A DNA stretch of 64,000 nucleotides. Source: a virus. Its lineage: Duplodnaviria > Caudoviricetes. The translations under genes were made by a program, and so were the position numbers. Of the stretch, positions 36,733-44,737 are shown in pieces; the first letter of the stretch is position 1, and each line of letters opens with the position of its first letter. The stretch covers positions 1-64,000 of IMG/VR virus record IMGVR_UViG_3300005330_000016; one strand, written 5' to 3'. Under the pieces are notes generated by a model, which saw only the letters and a program-made list of their open reading frames with translations, had not been told where the DNA came from and searched no databases.

Positions 36733-37312
36733 ATGCTTGCCCGCCAACAATTGGGCTGATCGTGAGATGACAGTGCGGGTGAGCTAGCTCGGGCGCGTTG
36801 TTTACCGCCACTACCGTGCCATCCCGGCCAGCACAGAACGAATCGTAGTCGCCGTCGTGGACGAGCAATGCGGTCACTATGCCACGACCAAGGGTCTGGA
36901 ACTTCTGCACGGTCGCCTGTAGCTGAGCCTTCTGTAGCTCGGTCTTCGCCACGGTCAACGAGCGATGCTTCCACGTGCGCGTGAACAGGCTGTCAATACC
37001 TTCGAAGTCTTCCGCCCCGTACGCGATCTCGTACGGCGTCAGCCCTCTGCTAGCGCCGTCTGCGATGCGCTGGGCTATCTGCTTCCGCGTGGCTGCGTCC
37101 ACGGCCACGGCACCGGCGCGAGCGTTGAGAATGGCAGAACGCACAGCCGCGTCATCGAGCGGTACCGGCCCTAGGTCAAGCAACCTGATCGTCAAGCCGT
37201 GAACGGCCTTGGCAATCGTGCCGTACCACTTGACGAAAATCAACGTGAGCAGCGCTAGCTCCAGATCGTTATCGCGTACGTCATGCTCTTCGTCAGCTTT
37301 GGTCGCCGGCAT
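36731..37312 (-). CDS. Minor head morphogenesis protein (Mu F / SPP1 gp7-like)
   Basis: RSLTVAKTEL, C..RDG, HPHCHLTI motif; follows portal on the same strand. Confidence 0.8.
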   Translation of the reverse strand: MPATKADEEHDVRDNDLELALLTLIFVKWYGTIAKAVHGLTIRLLDLGPVPLDDAAVRSAILNARAGAVAVDAATRKQIAQRIADGASRGLTPYEIAYGAEDFEGIDSLFTRTWKHRSLTVAKTELQKAQLQATVQKFQTLGRGIVTALLVHDGDYDSFCAGRDGTVVAVNNAPELAHPHCHLTISPIVGGQA

Positions 37313-37373
37313 CTCTAACATTCGTCTTGAAAACCCCTTGACAGATCTAGAGCGGCGGGCGTAAGCTACGGAC
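37304..37373 (+). promoter_or_regulatory. Promoter P6 with CGCCGGCA box; leaderless start at 37374
   Basis: Gap 26, TTGACA 37338, 18 nt, TAAGCT 37362, 6 nt to ATG. Confidence 0.85.
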
Positions 37374-37733
37374 ATGAGCAACCACATCGAGAACCTGAGC
37401 GACGAACTGGTAGCCGCGAACGCCGAGAGCCTGAGCCTTCAGGACGGCATGATGAGCCTGGTTAGCTACCTGATGAGCGACAAGTTCGCCACTGACCAGA
37501 ACGTGAACGTAGCCGATGTCATCCTGCGGATCTCTGAGACGCTGAGCGCAGCACGTGACGAGCGTGACGCGGCACTGCTCAACGAGCGCGGCCCGAAGCC
37601 CGTAGCAAGCTTCAAAGGCTGGGCTTGCCCGATCTGCCGCGAAACGCTGCAAGACAGCCCGATCTGGGACGCCGACGCCAAGGCTGAGCGTCGGATGCGA
37701 GATCACTGGACAGCCAACCACAAGGCCCGCTAA
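37374..37733 (+). CDS. Cassette protein with C-terminal C2H2-like zinc finger
   Basis: WACPIC...RDHWTANH. Confidence 0.7.
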   Translation: MSNHIENLSDELVAANAESLSLQDGMMSLVSYLMSDKFATDQNVNVADVILRISETLSAARDERDAALLNERGPKPVASFKGWACPICRETLQDSPIWDADAKAERRMRDHWTANHKAR

Positions 37734-37756
37734 GCGGGCCGGAAAGGCAAACGACC

Positions 37757-37930
37757 ATGAAGCAACCAATGACGCCCGAGAAGCTCGCTCAGAACGCATA
37801 CCTGAAGCGAGAGCGCATGTACCAGATCATGCACATCCGCGAGCAGGCGAACTATGACGAGCACGTCGTGGACTTCGCCGGCGAGCCAGTTAGCCTCAGC
37901 GAACTGGCCGAGTTGTGGGTGCCGGCATAA
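37757..37930 (+). CDS. Small hypothetical cassette protein (57 aa, MKQPMTPEK...)
   Basis: GGAAAGG SD; manually translated. Confidence 0.55.
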   Translation: MKQPMTPEKLAQNAYLKRERMYQIMHIREQANYDEHVVDFAGEPVSLSELAELWVPA

Positions 37931-37980
37931 CGCCGGCATTCCCTATTGACAGATCAAGCGCGCAGGAGTAAGTTACGAGT
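37875..37980 (+). promoter_or_regulatory. Promoter P7 with three boxes; leaderless start at 37981
   Basis: TCGCCGGCGA 37875, TGCCGGCA 37920, CGCCGGCA 37931; TTGACA 37946, 17 nt, TAAGTT 37969, 6 nt to ATG. Confidence 0.85.
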
Positions 37981-38190
37981 ATGAACAGCACCCAAGCAGC
38001 CAAGCTCCAGAGCTTTGAAGAACTCGCCGCCCGCCAGATCGACCGACTGGCCCAGTCGCCCGAGAGCAAGATGGTTCAGAACGAGACTCGCGGGTTCCGC
38101 CTGACTTGGACGAAGGCTCTGGTCACCAAGTACGGATGCGACAAAGCCGACATCAACGCAGCTTGGAATCGAGCGAAGGAGGGACGATGA
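37981..38190 (+). CDS. Small hypothetical cassette protein
   Basis: Leaderless, 69 aa. Confidence 0.65.
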   Translation: MNSTQAAKLQSFEELAARQIDRLAQSPESKMVQNETRGFRLTWTKALVTKYGCDKADINAAWNRAKEGR

Positions 38191-38348
38191 TCCCAACCTA
38201 CACCGTGATCTACGGATCACACACCCTCAACACCGAGTGGGTTCTCGGAACCTACTCCACCATCGAAGCCGCAATGCGGCAGTTCGATTCCCTCTCTTCC
38301 ATCCGCCACAGCGACGAGTACGTCGTTGTTCACACTGAGTGGGCCTAG
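38187..38348 (+). CDS. Small hypothetical cassette protein (53 aa)
   Basis: ATGA coupling, GGAGGG SD. Confidence 0.55.
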   Translation: MIPTYTVIYGSHTLNTEWVLGTYSTIEAAMRQFDSLSSIRHSDEYVVVHTEWA

Positions 38349-38371
38349 TTGGCCCACTCGCGGAGCAAGCC

Positions 38372-38563
38372 ATGACCACCAACAAGTCACCGTGGGAACT
38401 TCTAGCCTACGCCCAGGGCCGCAAGGCTTACATGATCGGGCGAACGCTCGCCAGCAACCCGTATACGTCCGGCTCGGATCTCGCACAAGCCTTCTACGAT
38501 GGATTCGATGACGAGATGCACCGACCTGATCGCCCGCTTGACCCGCCGGACTTGCCACTCTAG
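38372..38563 (+). CDS. Rmf/CrpP-fold-like small protein
   Basis: AYAQGRKAYMIG...NPY...AFYDGF pattern resembling ribosome modulation factor. Confidence 0.5.
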   Translation: MTTNKSPWELLAYAQGRKAYMIGRTLASNPYTSGSDLAQAFYDGFDDEMHRPDRPLDPPDLPL

Positions 38564-40068
38564 TGGCTCGTGCCGTTGACCAGCCGTGCCGTGATGCGCC
38601 TGCGCTGATTGTTCTGTAGCTTGTCGAGATCCACGGCCATTCCCTCAGCCGCCGTGTCAACTACAGCCTGAATAGCCTCAGCGAACGCATCGCCACGAGC
38701 CTTACTGCCAGCAGGAGCACCACTTGGACCACCGGGCGGCAGCGTTGGCTTACGGGCTTCCTGTAGCGCTAGCTGTTGAGCCGCTTCCTCTGCGGGATCC
38801 GTCACGCTGTCGTCTACCTTGACCCACTTGCCCGACGTAGGCACCCACAGCGAATCATCGCCAGCCAGCACGTCGAAGCCTAGCTCTCGCAGGCCCATCT
38901 CACGAGACATCAGCCCGCCCATCACGTCTGCCAGAATGCGGGCGTGCTTGGCGTTCTCGTCTTCCTGCAACGAGCGCACCTCGCTCAGGTCGTGAGCAAT
39001 GACGATACGCCGGTCGCTCGTGAAGTCTTTGCGCAGCTTGCGGTTCCACTTGGCTTCGTCCATCACCCACAGCGGAACGATGGTTAGCTCCGTGAAGTTC
39101 TCGCGCACTTGCCTTGCAGAGGCATAGTTGCTGGTCTGCTCCAGCCCGACGCCTAGCCGGGCAACGAGAGGATCAACGCCCATAACGGCTGCGATTCGAG
39201 TCTCGGGCACGTCGTGCAGGATCTTCAGGTTCATCTGCTCCGGCGAGAAGCCAAACTGATCCATATCGGCTCCACCCGTTAGCACGCTCACCGTGCCGCG
39301 CCGCTCGCCACCGAATGCGTTCGCAATGGAGTTCTTTAGCTCTTGTACCTGCTTCTCGCTGAGCATCGTCTCAGAGGGTATTTTGGCGACCAGGCCCGGC
39401 GTGCCAAAGTTCCTGAGCAAGGCGTCTGCATAACGAGTCGCTTCGCCGTCTGAGGCAATCTCGCGGATCAGCCGCTTCAGTGGCGCGATGCCCTTGCGTA
39501 CGTCCAGCGGGTCAACGCCAAGCTTGAAGTGGATGACGTTCTCAACCGGGATCTGCTCGGGGCCGCGACCGTCGAACCGATCCATCTCGTAGAAGTCGAT
39601 GAAGTTGCTAGAGCCGCGCCCGGTTTTGGGCCGCATAACGCTCGGGCTGACCGGCCATAGCTCAACGACGTTACCCGCGCCTGATCGGACTTTGAGTAGG
39701 TAAGCGTTGCCGTCAATGTGCCGCGCCCAGGCCGACCACCAGCGGATTTCGTTCAGGTCTAGCTCGGGATGCGGCTCATCGAACAGGTCAAGGATTGGAT
39801 GCTCGAAGAGCGGCTCACGCTCCTGCTTGGCGTCCAGCTTGTAGACGCGCAGCGGAGCTTCGATGCTGGCAAAGGCCAGGGCGCGCAAGCAAGCGAAAAC
39901 AGCCGAGTTGCCGTCGCCGCCGTACTCACCGTCGTATGGTCGCGTGCCTGCCGTGTAGACGAGATGGTTTACGTACTGCCAGTTGACCGTAGGATCGGCC
40001 GGCGTGAACTTCTGCTCGATTGACTGGCCGGTGATAGCCGACCACGCGGCTTGGAAGATGTTAGCCAC
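38560..40068 (-). CDS. Portal protein (HK97 family)
   Basis: AVFACL, HPILDLFDEPHP, GNAYL, IHFK, GIAPL, G.PG, IAAVMGVDP. Confidence 0.95.
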   Translation of the reverse strand: MANIFQAAWSAITGQSIEQKFTPADPTVNWQYVNHLVYTAGTRPYDGEYGGDGNSAVFACLRALAFASIEAPLRVYKLDAKQEREPLFEHPILDLFDEPHPELDLNEIRWWSAWARHIDGNAYLLKVRSGAGNVVELWPVSPSVMRPKTGRGSSNFIDFYEMDRFDGRGPEQIPVENVIHFKLGVDPLDVRKGIAPLKRLIREIASDGEATRYADALLRNFGTPGLVAKIPSETMLSEKQVQELKNSIANAFGGERRGTVSVLTGGADMDQFGFSPEQMNLKILHDVPETRIAAVMGVDPLVARLGVGLEQTSNYASARQVRENFTELTIVPLWVMDEAKWNRKLRKDFTSDRRIVIAHDLSEVRSLQEDENAKHARILADVMGGLMSREMGLRELGFDVLAGDDSLWVPTSGKWVKVDDSVTDPAEEAAQQLALQEARKPTLPPGGPSGAPAGSKARGDAFAEAIQAVVDTAAEGMAVDLDKLQNNQRRRITARLVNGTSH

Positions 40069-40102
40069 GTGGCCTGCCTCCTTATCGAATCTTTGAAATT
40101 GG

Positions 40103-40150
40103 TGCCGGCAACTATTGACACCCCTTGACTACCTATGCTATATTCAAGTT
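40103..40150 (+). promoter_or_regulatory. Promoter P8 (extended -10) with TGCCGGCA box
   Basis: Box 40103-40110, gap 4, TTGACA 40115, 18 nt, TGcTATATT 40136-40144. Confidence 0.8.
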
Positions 40151-40153
40151 GGC

Positions 40154-40257
40154 AAGAGAGAGAGGACCGCAAGTAAGGGGCCTGGGATCACCCGAAAGGG
40201 TCTGTCCCAATCTCACGAGACTGCGGATAGGGGGTTCGAATCCCCCCTCTCTTACCA
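40154..40257 (+). ncRNA. tRNA-like RNA: 7-bp acceptor stem, canonical T-arm and encoded ACCA, without a canonical anticodon arm
   Basis: AAGAGAG/CTCTCTT-ACCA; GGGGG-TTCGAAT-CCCCC; interior CCGCA/TGCGG, TGGGA/TCCCA, ACCC-GAAA-GGGT. Confidence 0.75.
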
Positions 40258-40270
40258 CTCAAACCAGTAG

Positions 40271-42316
40271 CTATCGTGCGTTGTAGTGAGTGCTGATCGT
40301 GCCGCTGCTCAACGCGGTCCCGCTCCAGACAGCAATCTCGTCCAGCGTGCCCTTGACGTAGTAGAACGTGCCGCCGTCCAGATCTACGCCGAAGTTCGCG
40401 GTCGTCGGAGTTGCAGCCGTGATGCTGGTCGAATCGCTCGCCGTAGACGCCGTGCCGTTGTTGACGTAGAGCTTCATGGTCGTGCCGTCGTAGGTCGCTA
40501 CGACGTGGTACCAAGTGCTCGTAGCCAGCGTCGTCGTGTTCGTCGTTGCCACTTGCGCGTTGGTGTCATGCCAGCGCTGGAAGTAGAAGTGCGGGGTTGT
40601 GTCTACACTGACGTTCCAGCCATGACGATTGCCTGAGCCGTCATTGCGGCTCTTCTGAACAAGCATCTGCGTCGTGCCCGGCCAGGACGAAGGCGACTTG
40701 TACCAGAACTCAACGCTAAAGCTTGTCGTCCCGGTGAAACCGTAGTTGTCACCCATGCTGAGCGCGTCGTTGGTGCCGTCGAACGTGACCGCTGTGTCGG
40801 CATCACAAGTCAGGTTGCTGGTCGCGCCCAGTGTCGGGCCACCGGCATACGTGCCGCTAATTGCACCCACGTACGGGCTTGCCGTGGTCCCGCTTGGTTC
40901 CCCCAGTCGCCAGTAGCTCGATGGACTCGAAGCGGCTACTTCATGGGCGTACAGACCGTTCGTGAACGTCTGGTACGCACCGATCTGAACCGGGCAGCCG
41001 CTCGTCCTGCTCAGGCCGGCTCGGTCTACGTTGAGCGGGATAGACTCGCTGTAGTAGCCGGTCTTGCTGGCGATGTACGTAGCGTGGTTGTAAGCCGCAG
41101 AGCTTTGGCTGCTCAGTGTCCAGTTAGACGCCCAGTTGGTGATCAGTGGGTCGCCGGTCTGCGGGTTGCTCTGGCTCGGGATGTTGGTCGTGCAGCCAGG
41201 ATTCCTGAACAGGTTGTAGTCAACCGTGCGCCCGGTCGTGTTGCCGTCGTCGGTCAAGCCGTTCGAGCAGGTTTCAACGATGTTGTTCTTCCAGACCGGG
41301 TTGTGGTTGTGGCTACTCCAGCCGCCGCCGTTCTGCTCGCGCATTGCGGTACCGGCCTTGTAGATGTCGTTGTGGTACGCGCCGCACTCTTCACAGCCCT
41401 GCATCATCATGCCGTAGGCCCAGCCAGCCGTCGTGTTGGACGTGACGATGTTGTTGACCGCCGTGTTGTAGTAGCCCTCATACGAGCAGCCCGTACAGTC
41501 GCCGGTCGCGCCACCTGACGAGCCGCCCAGGTCAATGCCAATACCGGCTGTGTTGGTGCTCGTTAGCTGGATCAGGTTGTCTCGTACCTGAGCGGATCTC
41601 GTGCCGCCTTTGGTCTGGATGCCGTCACCTGGCGTGCCAGGCGTAGCGAACAGCAGCGGGTTCTGGATCGTGTTGCGCTGGAAGACCGGGCGAACGCCAC
41701 CATACGAAGCCAGGCACTGGTAGCAATCGTAGATTGTGTTGTTGTCGATCAGCGCATCAGCGCTACTCGTCGTCACCTTGATCGGCGTCTGCGAGTTGTG
41801 CAGCTTCGAGTTCTTGACCGTGACGTTGTTGCTAGCTCCGTTGACGCCAATCCAGATGAGCTTGTCGTCATAGCTCGCGCTGTCACCGAGAGTCGCCTGC
41901 GTGAACTCGAAGCCATCGAAAACCACGTTTGACTTGGCGTCAAGGCCCAGCTTGTACGTGTTCTTCGCGCCGGTTGGAGCGGTGATGATCGCGCCGTACT
42001 GGCTCGTGCTGACGAACGTGATCGGGTTGCCCGCTGAGCCTGAGCTAGCAAAGTTGATCATGCCGTTGCTCGGGTCGGTGTACGTGCCCGACGCGAAGTT
42101 GACTACATCGCCGGCTGACAACGTGTGCTCGGCGGCATAGCGGAACGTCAGCCACGGCCCATGCCCGCCACCAACGGTTGCAGACAGGCCGTCGTTTGAG
42201 TTGCTGCCCGTAGAAGCGTTGACGTAGTACTGCGTCCCGGCGTGCACCACGCTAGCCGGAACGATGAAGACCGCCAACAGGCAGAGCACCAGGGCTGATC
42301 GTCGCAAGAAGTTCAT
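40271..42316 (-). CDS. Signal-peptide-bearing right-handed beta-helix plus C-terminal LamG protein
   Basis: MNFLRRSALVLCLLAVFIVPASVVHA signal; YYVNASTGSNSNDGLS...PWLT (DUF1565-like); LamG SYWRLGE...GTLDEIAVW. Confidence 0.85.
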   Translation of the reverse strand: MNFLRRSALVLCLLAVFIVPASVVHAGTQYYVNASTGSNSNDGLSATVGGGHGPWLTFRYAAEHTLSAGDVVNFASGTYTDPSNGMINFASSGSAGNPITFVSTSQYGAIITAPTGAKNTYKLGLDAKSNVVFDGFEFTQATLGDSASYDDKLIWIGVNGASNNVTVKNSKLHNSQTPIKVTTSSADALIDNNTIYDCYQCLASYGGVRPVFQRNTIQNPLLFATPGTPGDGIQTKGGTRSAQVRDNLIQLTSTNTAGIGIDLGGSSGGATGDCTGCSYEGYYNTAVNNIVTSNTTAGWAYGMMMQGCEECGAYHNDIYKAGTAMREQNGGGWSSHNHNPVWKNNIVETCSNGLTDDGNTTGRTVDYNLFRNPGCTTNIPSQSNPQTGDPLITNWASNWTLSSQSSAAYNHATYIASKTGYYSESIPLNVDRAGLSRTSGCPVQIGAYQTFTNGLYAHEVAASSPSSYWRLGEPSGTTASPYVGAISGTYAGGPTLGATSNLTCDADTAVTFDGTNDALSMGDNYGFTGTTSFSVEFWYKSPSSWPGTTQMLVQKSRNDGSGNRHGWNVSVDTTPHFYFQRWHDTNAQVATTNTTTLATSTWYHVVATYDGTTMKLYVNNGTASTASDSTSITAATPTTANFGVDLDGGTFYYVKGTLDEIAVWSGTALSSGTISTHYNAR

Positions 42317-42375
42317 GCCGGCATTCCTCCGATTGGTTGTTGACAAGTCAAGAGCGTAGGTGTAAGTTGAAGGAG
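42316..42375 (+). promoter_or_regulatory. Promoter P9 with TGCCGGCA box; leaderless start at 42376
   Basis: Gap 16, TTGACA 42340, 17 nt, TAAGTT 42363, 7 nt to ATG. Confidence 0.85.
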
Positions 42376-42582
42376 ATGAAGAACTACCAGCCAGGCACCA
42401 GCGTTGAGGTTCTCATTCGAGACTTCTCCCTCGCCGGCTTCCCCCAGGTCTGGCAGGCCGCTACCGTCGAGTCGGTCGAACTGCTCGAACGCGGCCTTGC
42501 GGATGTCACCCTGCGCCTAGCCGATGGTACGCCGAACGTACAGCGTATCGGCAAGCGTGGATCCAAGTTCTTGCGGGCATGA
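42376..42582 (+). CDS. Small SH3-like-fold hypothetical protein
   Basis: YQPGTSVEVLI...WQAATVESV pattern. Confidence 0.65.
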   Translation: MKNYQPGTSVEVLIRDFSLAGFPQVWQAATVESVELLERGLADVTLRLADGTPNVQRIGKRGSKFLRA

Positions 42583-42758
42583 ACCGCGCAGAGCACGCGG
42601 CTACCGACTGCAAGGCTTGGTTTGATGACGAGTGGTATCGCCATAGCGACTCTTGCCCGAAGTCAAGTGCCACTTACGGCATGACGTTCACGCCGACTCG
42701 CTGCCGGGTCTGTGGCGAGTACAACGACGATCCCGAGATGCCCTGCTGCTGCCGGTAA
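42579..42758 (+). CDS. Small Cys-rich protein (59 aa)
   Basis: ATGA coupling; CRVC...PCCC. Confidence 0.55.
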   Translation: MNRAEHAATDCKAWFDDEWYRHSDSCPKSSATYGMTFTPTRCRVCGEYNDDPEMPCCCR

Positions 42759-42829
42759 CGGTAACAACGCCTAACTACGCGGAAATACCACGATCCGGCG
42801 TGTAACCCGGTGGCGATTCGGCTCTAACT

Positions 42830-44323
42830 CTAATAAAAAGCTACGCCCGAGTGGATTGGTGGCATAGCCGCGAGCACCACGGCGTCACCGGCGTCGGGGC
42901 TTCGGCCTAATCGCTCCTTGATATCGTCTTTACTCTCTACTTGGATGCCCGTCACGCGCATCATCCACCGTGCTGAGCACAGATCTGCCTTTAGCTCGGT
43001 GTCCGGCGGAAGCATGATGCCGTCGCCCTTCTCGGGATCCAGGGCTTCACGCATGCTCCAGTAAGCGTAGGCTCGGACGTTCGTGAACTTGAGCAGGTTC
43101 GTGCGGTCGTGCCGCTTGGTGCCGGCCCCGAAGTTGACCGGGACTACGTTCATGTCCATCTCGCGGCACAGATCTACCACCGCTGCGCCTACGCCGATCA
43201 CGTCCACGTTCACGTAGCCGCCTCGCTGTAGCGCGTTCCAAGCGATCTGACGCCCAAACGTGCCGTCAGGCGTATCCTTGCCTGGATGCTTCTCCAGTGG
43301 TGCAAACCAGTTGCCCCAGCGCTGAGCGAGTACCGTCGCGTCTTTGCCGCCACGAGCTACGTCCAAACCGGCACATGTTGCGGTTTCATCCGGTTTATGT
43401 TCCGGTTTCCATCTGCGCTGGGCTGCTTCTACCCACGCTGAGGGAATGATCTGCCACGGATCGTCTGTTAGCCCAATCGAGTAGTCGCCGTACAGCAGTT
43501 GGCTCCTGAGAGGCTCTGGAAGCGCTTGTAGCTGTGCGCCGTAGCCTGACAGGGCCAGGAATGCGTTGTCTTTGAGCGCAGCGGGTATGAACGTCCTGCT
43601 CTTGGGCGTGATTGTCTCGCCCTGGAACTCGAACGGCTTTGGGCCTTCTACCTCTACGTCTTTGTCTTCGAGCCGCGCAAACCAGCGTAGCTCACCTGGC
43701 GCAGCGGGATTGGAATGCTGGGAATCGAGCCAAGCAGCCCAACGCCTGATCACCCACTCGCCTTCTACTGTACTCGGCGGGTTGCCGGCTCCTACGACTC
43801 TTGTGTGCTGAGTCGGATCCGTGCTTCTCAGCCAGCCGATCAAGAACAGGTACATCTGCTCTACGAACTCGGGTAGCTCGTCAAACGCCTTGAGATCGTG
43901 CGGTCGTCCGCGCCACTTGCCGAGTTCGCCCAGGTCTTCAACGCCGCCGAATTCAATCGTCCTGCCGTCTTTCATCAGCAGCCCGTTGATCCTGCTGGCG
44001 AAGTGACCCTTGCCTGCCGCTACGTTCATGGCCCGACTCATCAGCCCGTCGCCACCCTTGAATTGGGTGTAGTTGCGACGGAAGATGATCGAACGCTTGT
44101 GAGCCGTCAGAGCTAAACCTAAGAGTAGGTCGCTCTTGCCGCCACCCGCCTGACCACCGAAGTACAACTCGTCAGCCGGCGTCAGCCAAGCCTGTGTCTG
44201 CGGTCCCTCCTGGGGAAGCCAGATCGGATCGTCCTGCGAGAGCAAGAGGATCAGGTCTTCCTCTTGCTTGCTCAACGATGGCAAGGATTCGTCGCTGGCG
44301 TTCTTCAATGCTGACGTTGACAC
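42830..44323 (-). CDS. terL: Terminase large subunit
   Basis: Walker A GGQAGGGKS, Walker B AFDELPEF, GNPP coupling motif, nuclease GLDVARGGKD and SPDAGDA. Confidence 0.95.
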   Translation of the reverse strand: MSTSALKNASDESLPSLSKQEEDLILLLSQDDPIWLPQEGPQTQAWLTPADELYFGGQAGGGKSDLLLGLALTAHKRSIIFRRNYTQFKGGDGLMSRAMNVAAGKGHFASRINGLLMKDGRTIEFGGVEDLGELGKWRGRPHDLKAFDELPEFVEQMYLFLIGWLRSTDPTQHTRVVGAGNPPSTVEGEWVIRRWAAWLDSQHSNPAAPGELRWFARLEDKDVEVEGPKPFEFQGETITPKSRTFIPAALKDNAFLALSGYGAQLQALPEPLRSQLLYGDYSIGLTDDPWQIIPSAWVEAAQRRWKPEHKPDETATCAGLDVARGGKDATVLAQRWGNWFAPLEKHPGKDTPDGTFGRQIAWNALQRGGYVNVDVIGVGAAVVDLCREMDMNVVPVNFGAGTKRHDRTNLLKFTNVRAYAYWSMREALDPEKGDGIMLPPDTELKADLCSARWMMRVTGIQVESKDDIKERLGRSPDAGDAVVLAAMPPIHSGVAFY

Positions 44324-44705
44324 TTAGCTCCTGCTCAACCTGTATTGCCTGGCCGTTTGGACCGCTCACCTCAGAACGCTTTGGTGCGTCCAGTCCGTTC
44401 ATCGCAGCCCGACGCTCCATGATCCTCAGTAGTCGATCCGTAGCCAGCCATTGGCCCCTGAGTGCTGCCGACCACAACGGTACCGTCAAGGCGTCCAGCC
44501 GTTGATTCTCTAACTCGATCATGGCTTCAACGTTCTGATTGCGAACGCTCATAGCTTCGTTCATCGAGCGCTGAACTGCCTTGAACGCACCACCCTTGTT
44601 GGCATAGCCCATCTGCTTGGCTATCTGGTCAAAGCTCGCTCCTGCCCTTCTCAGTTCAAGGGCTTGAGCGTCTTTGAGTCGCTGTGCTTCCGGTTTCCTA
44701 GCCAC
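44172..44705 (-). CDS. terS: Terminase small subunit
   Basis: ALELRRAGASFDQIAKQMGY HTH; ERRAAMNGLDAPKRSEVSGPNGQAIQ; precedes TerL. Confidence 0.8.
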   Translation of the reverse strand: MARKPEAQRLKDAQALELRRAGASFDQIAKQMGYANKGGAFKAVQRSMNEAMSVRNQNVEAMIELENQRLDALTVPLWSAALRGQWLATDRLLRIMERRAAMNGLDAPKRSEVSGPNGQAIQVEQELSVNVSIEERQRRILAIVEQARGRPDPLALAGRSDLASPGGTADTGLADAG

Positions 44706-44737
44706 TAGGGTTTCCTGTCACTATTTATTATGTCTAC

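Noticed and set aside
40154-40257. Canonical tRNA (including tRNA-Sec) or tmRNA
   Set aside because: No 7-nt anticodon loop, extra nucleotides before the T-arm, no G3.U70 and no tag reading frame
44172-44323. 152-nt TerS/TerL overlap as a programmed frameshift or sequencing error
   Set aside because: Both ORFs are intact with expected motifs; a later TerL start or a non-conserved TerS tail explains it
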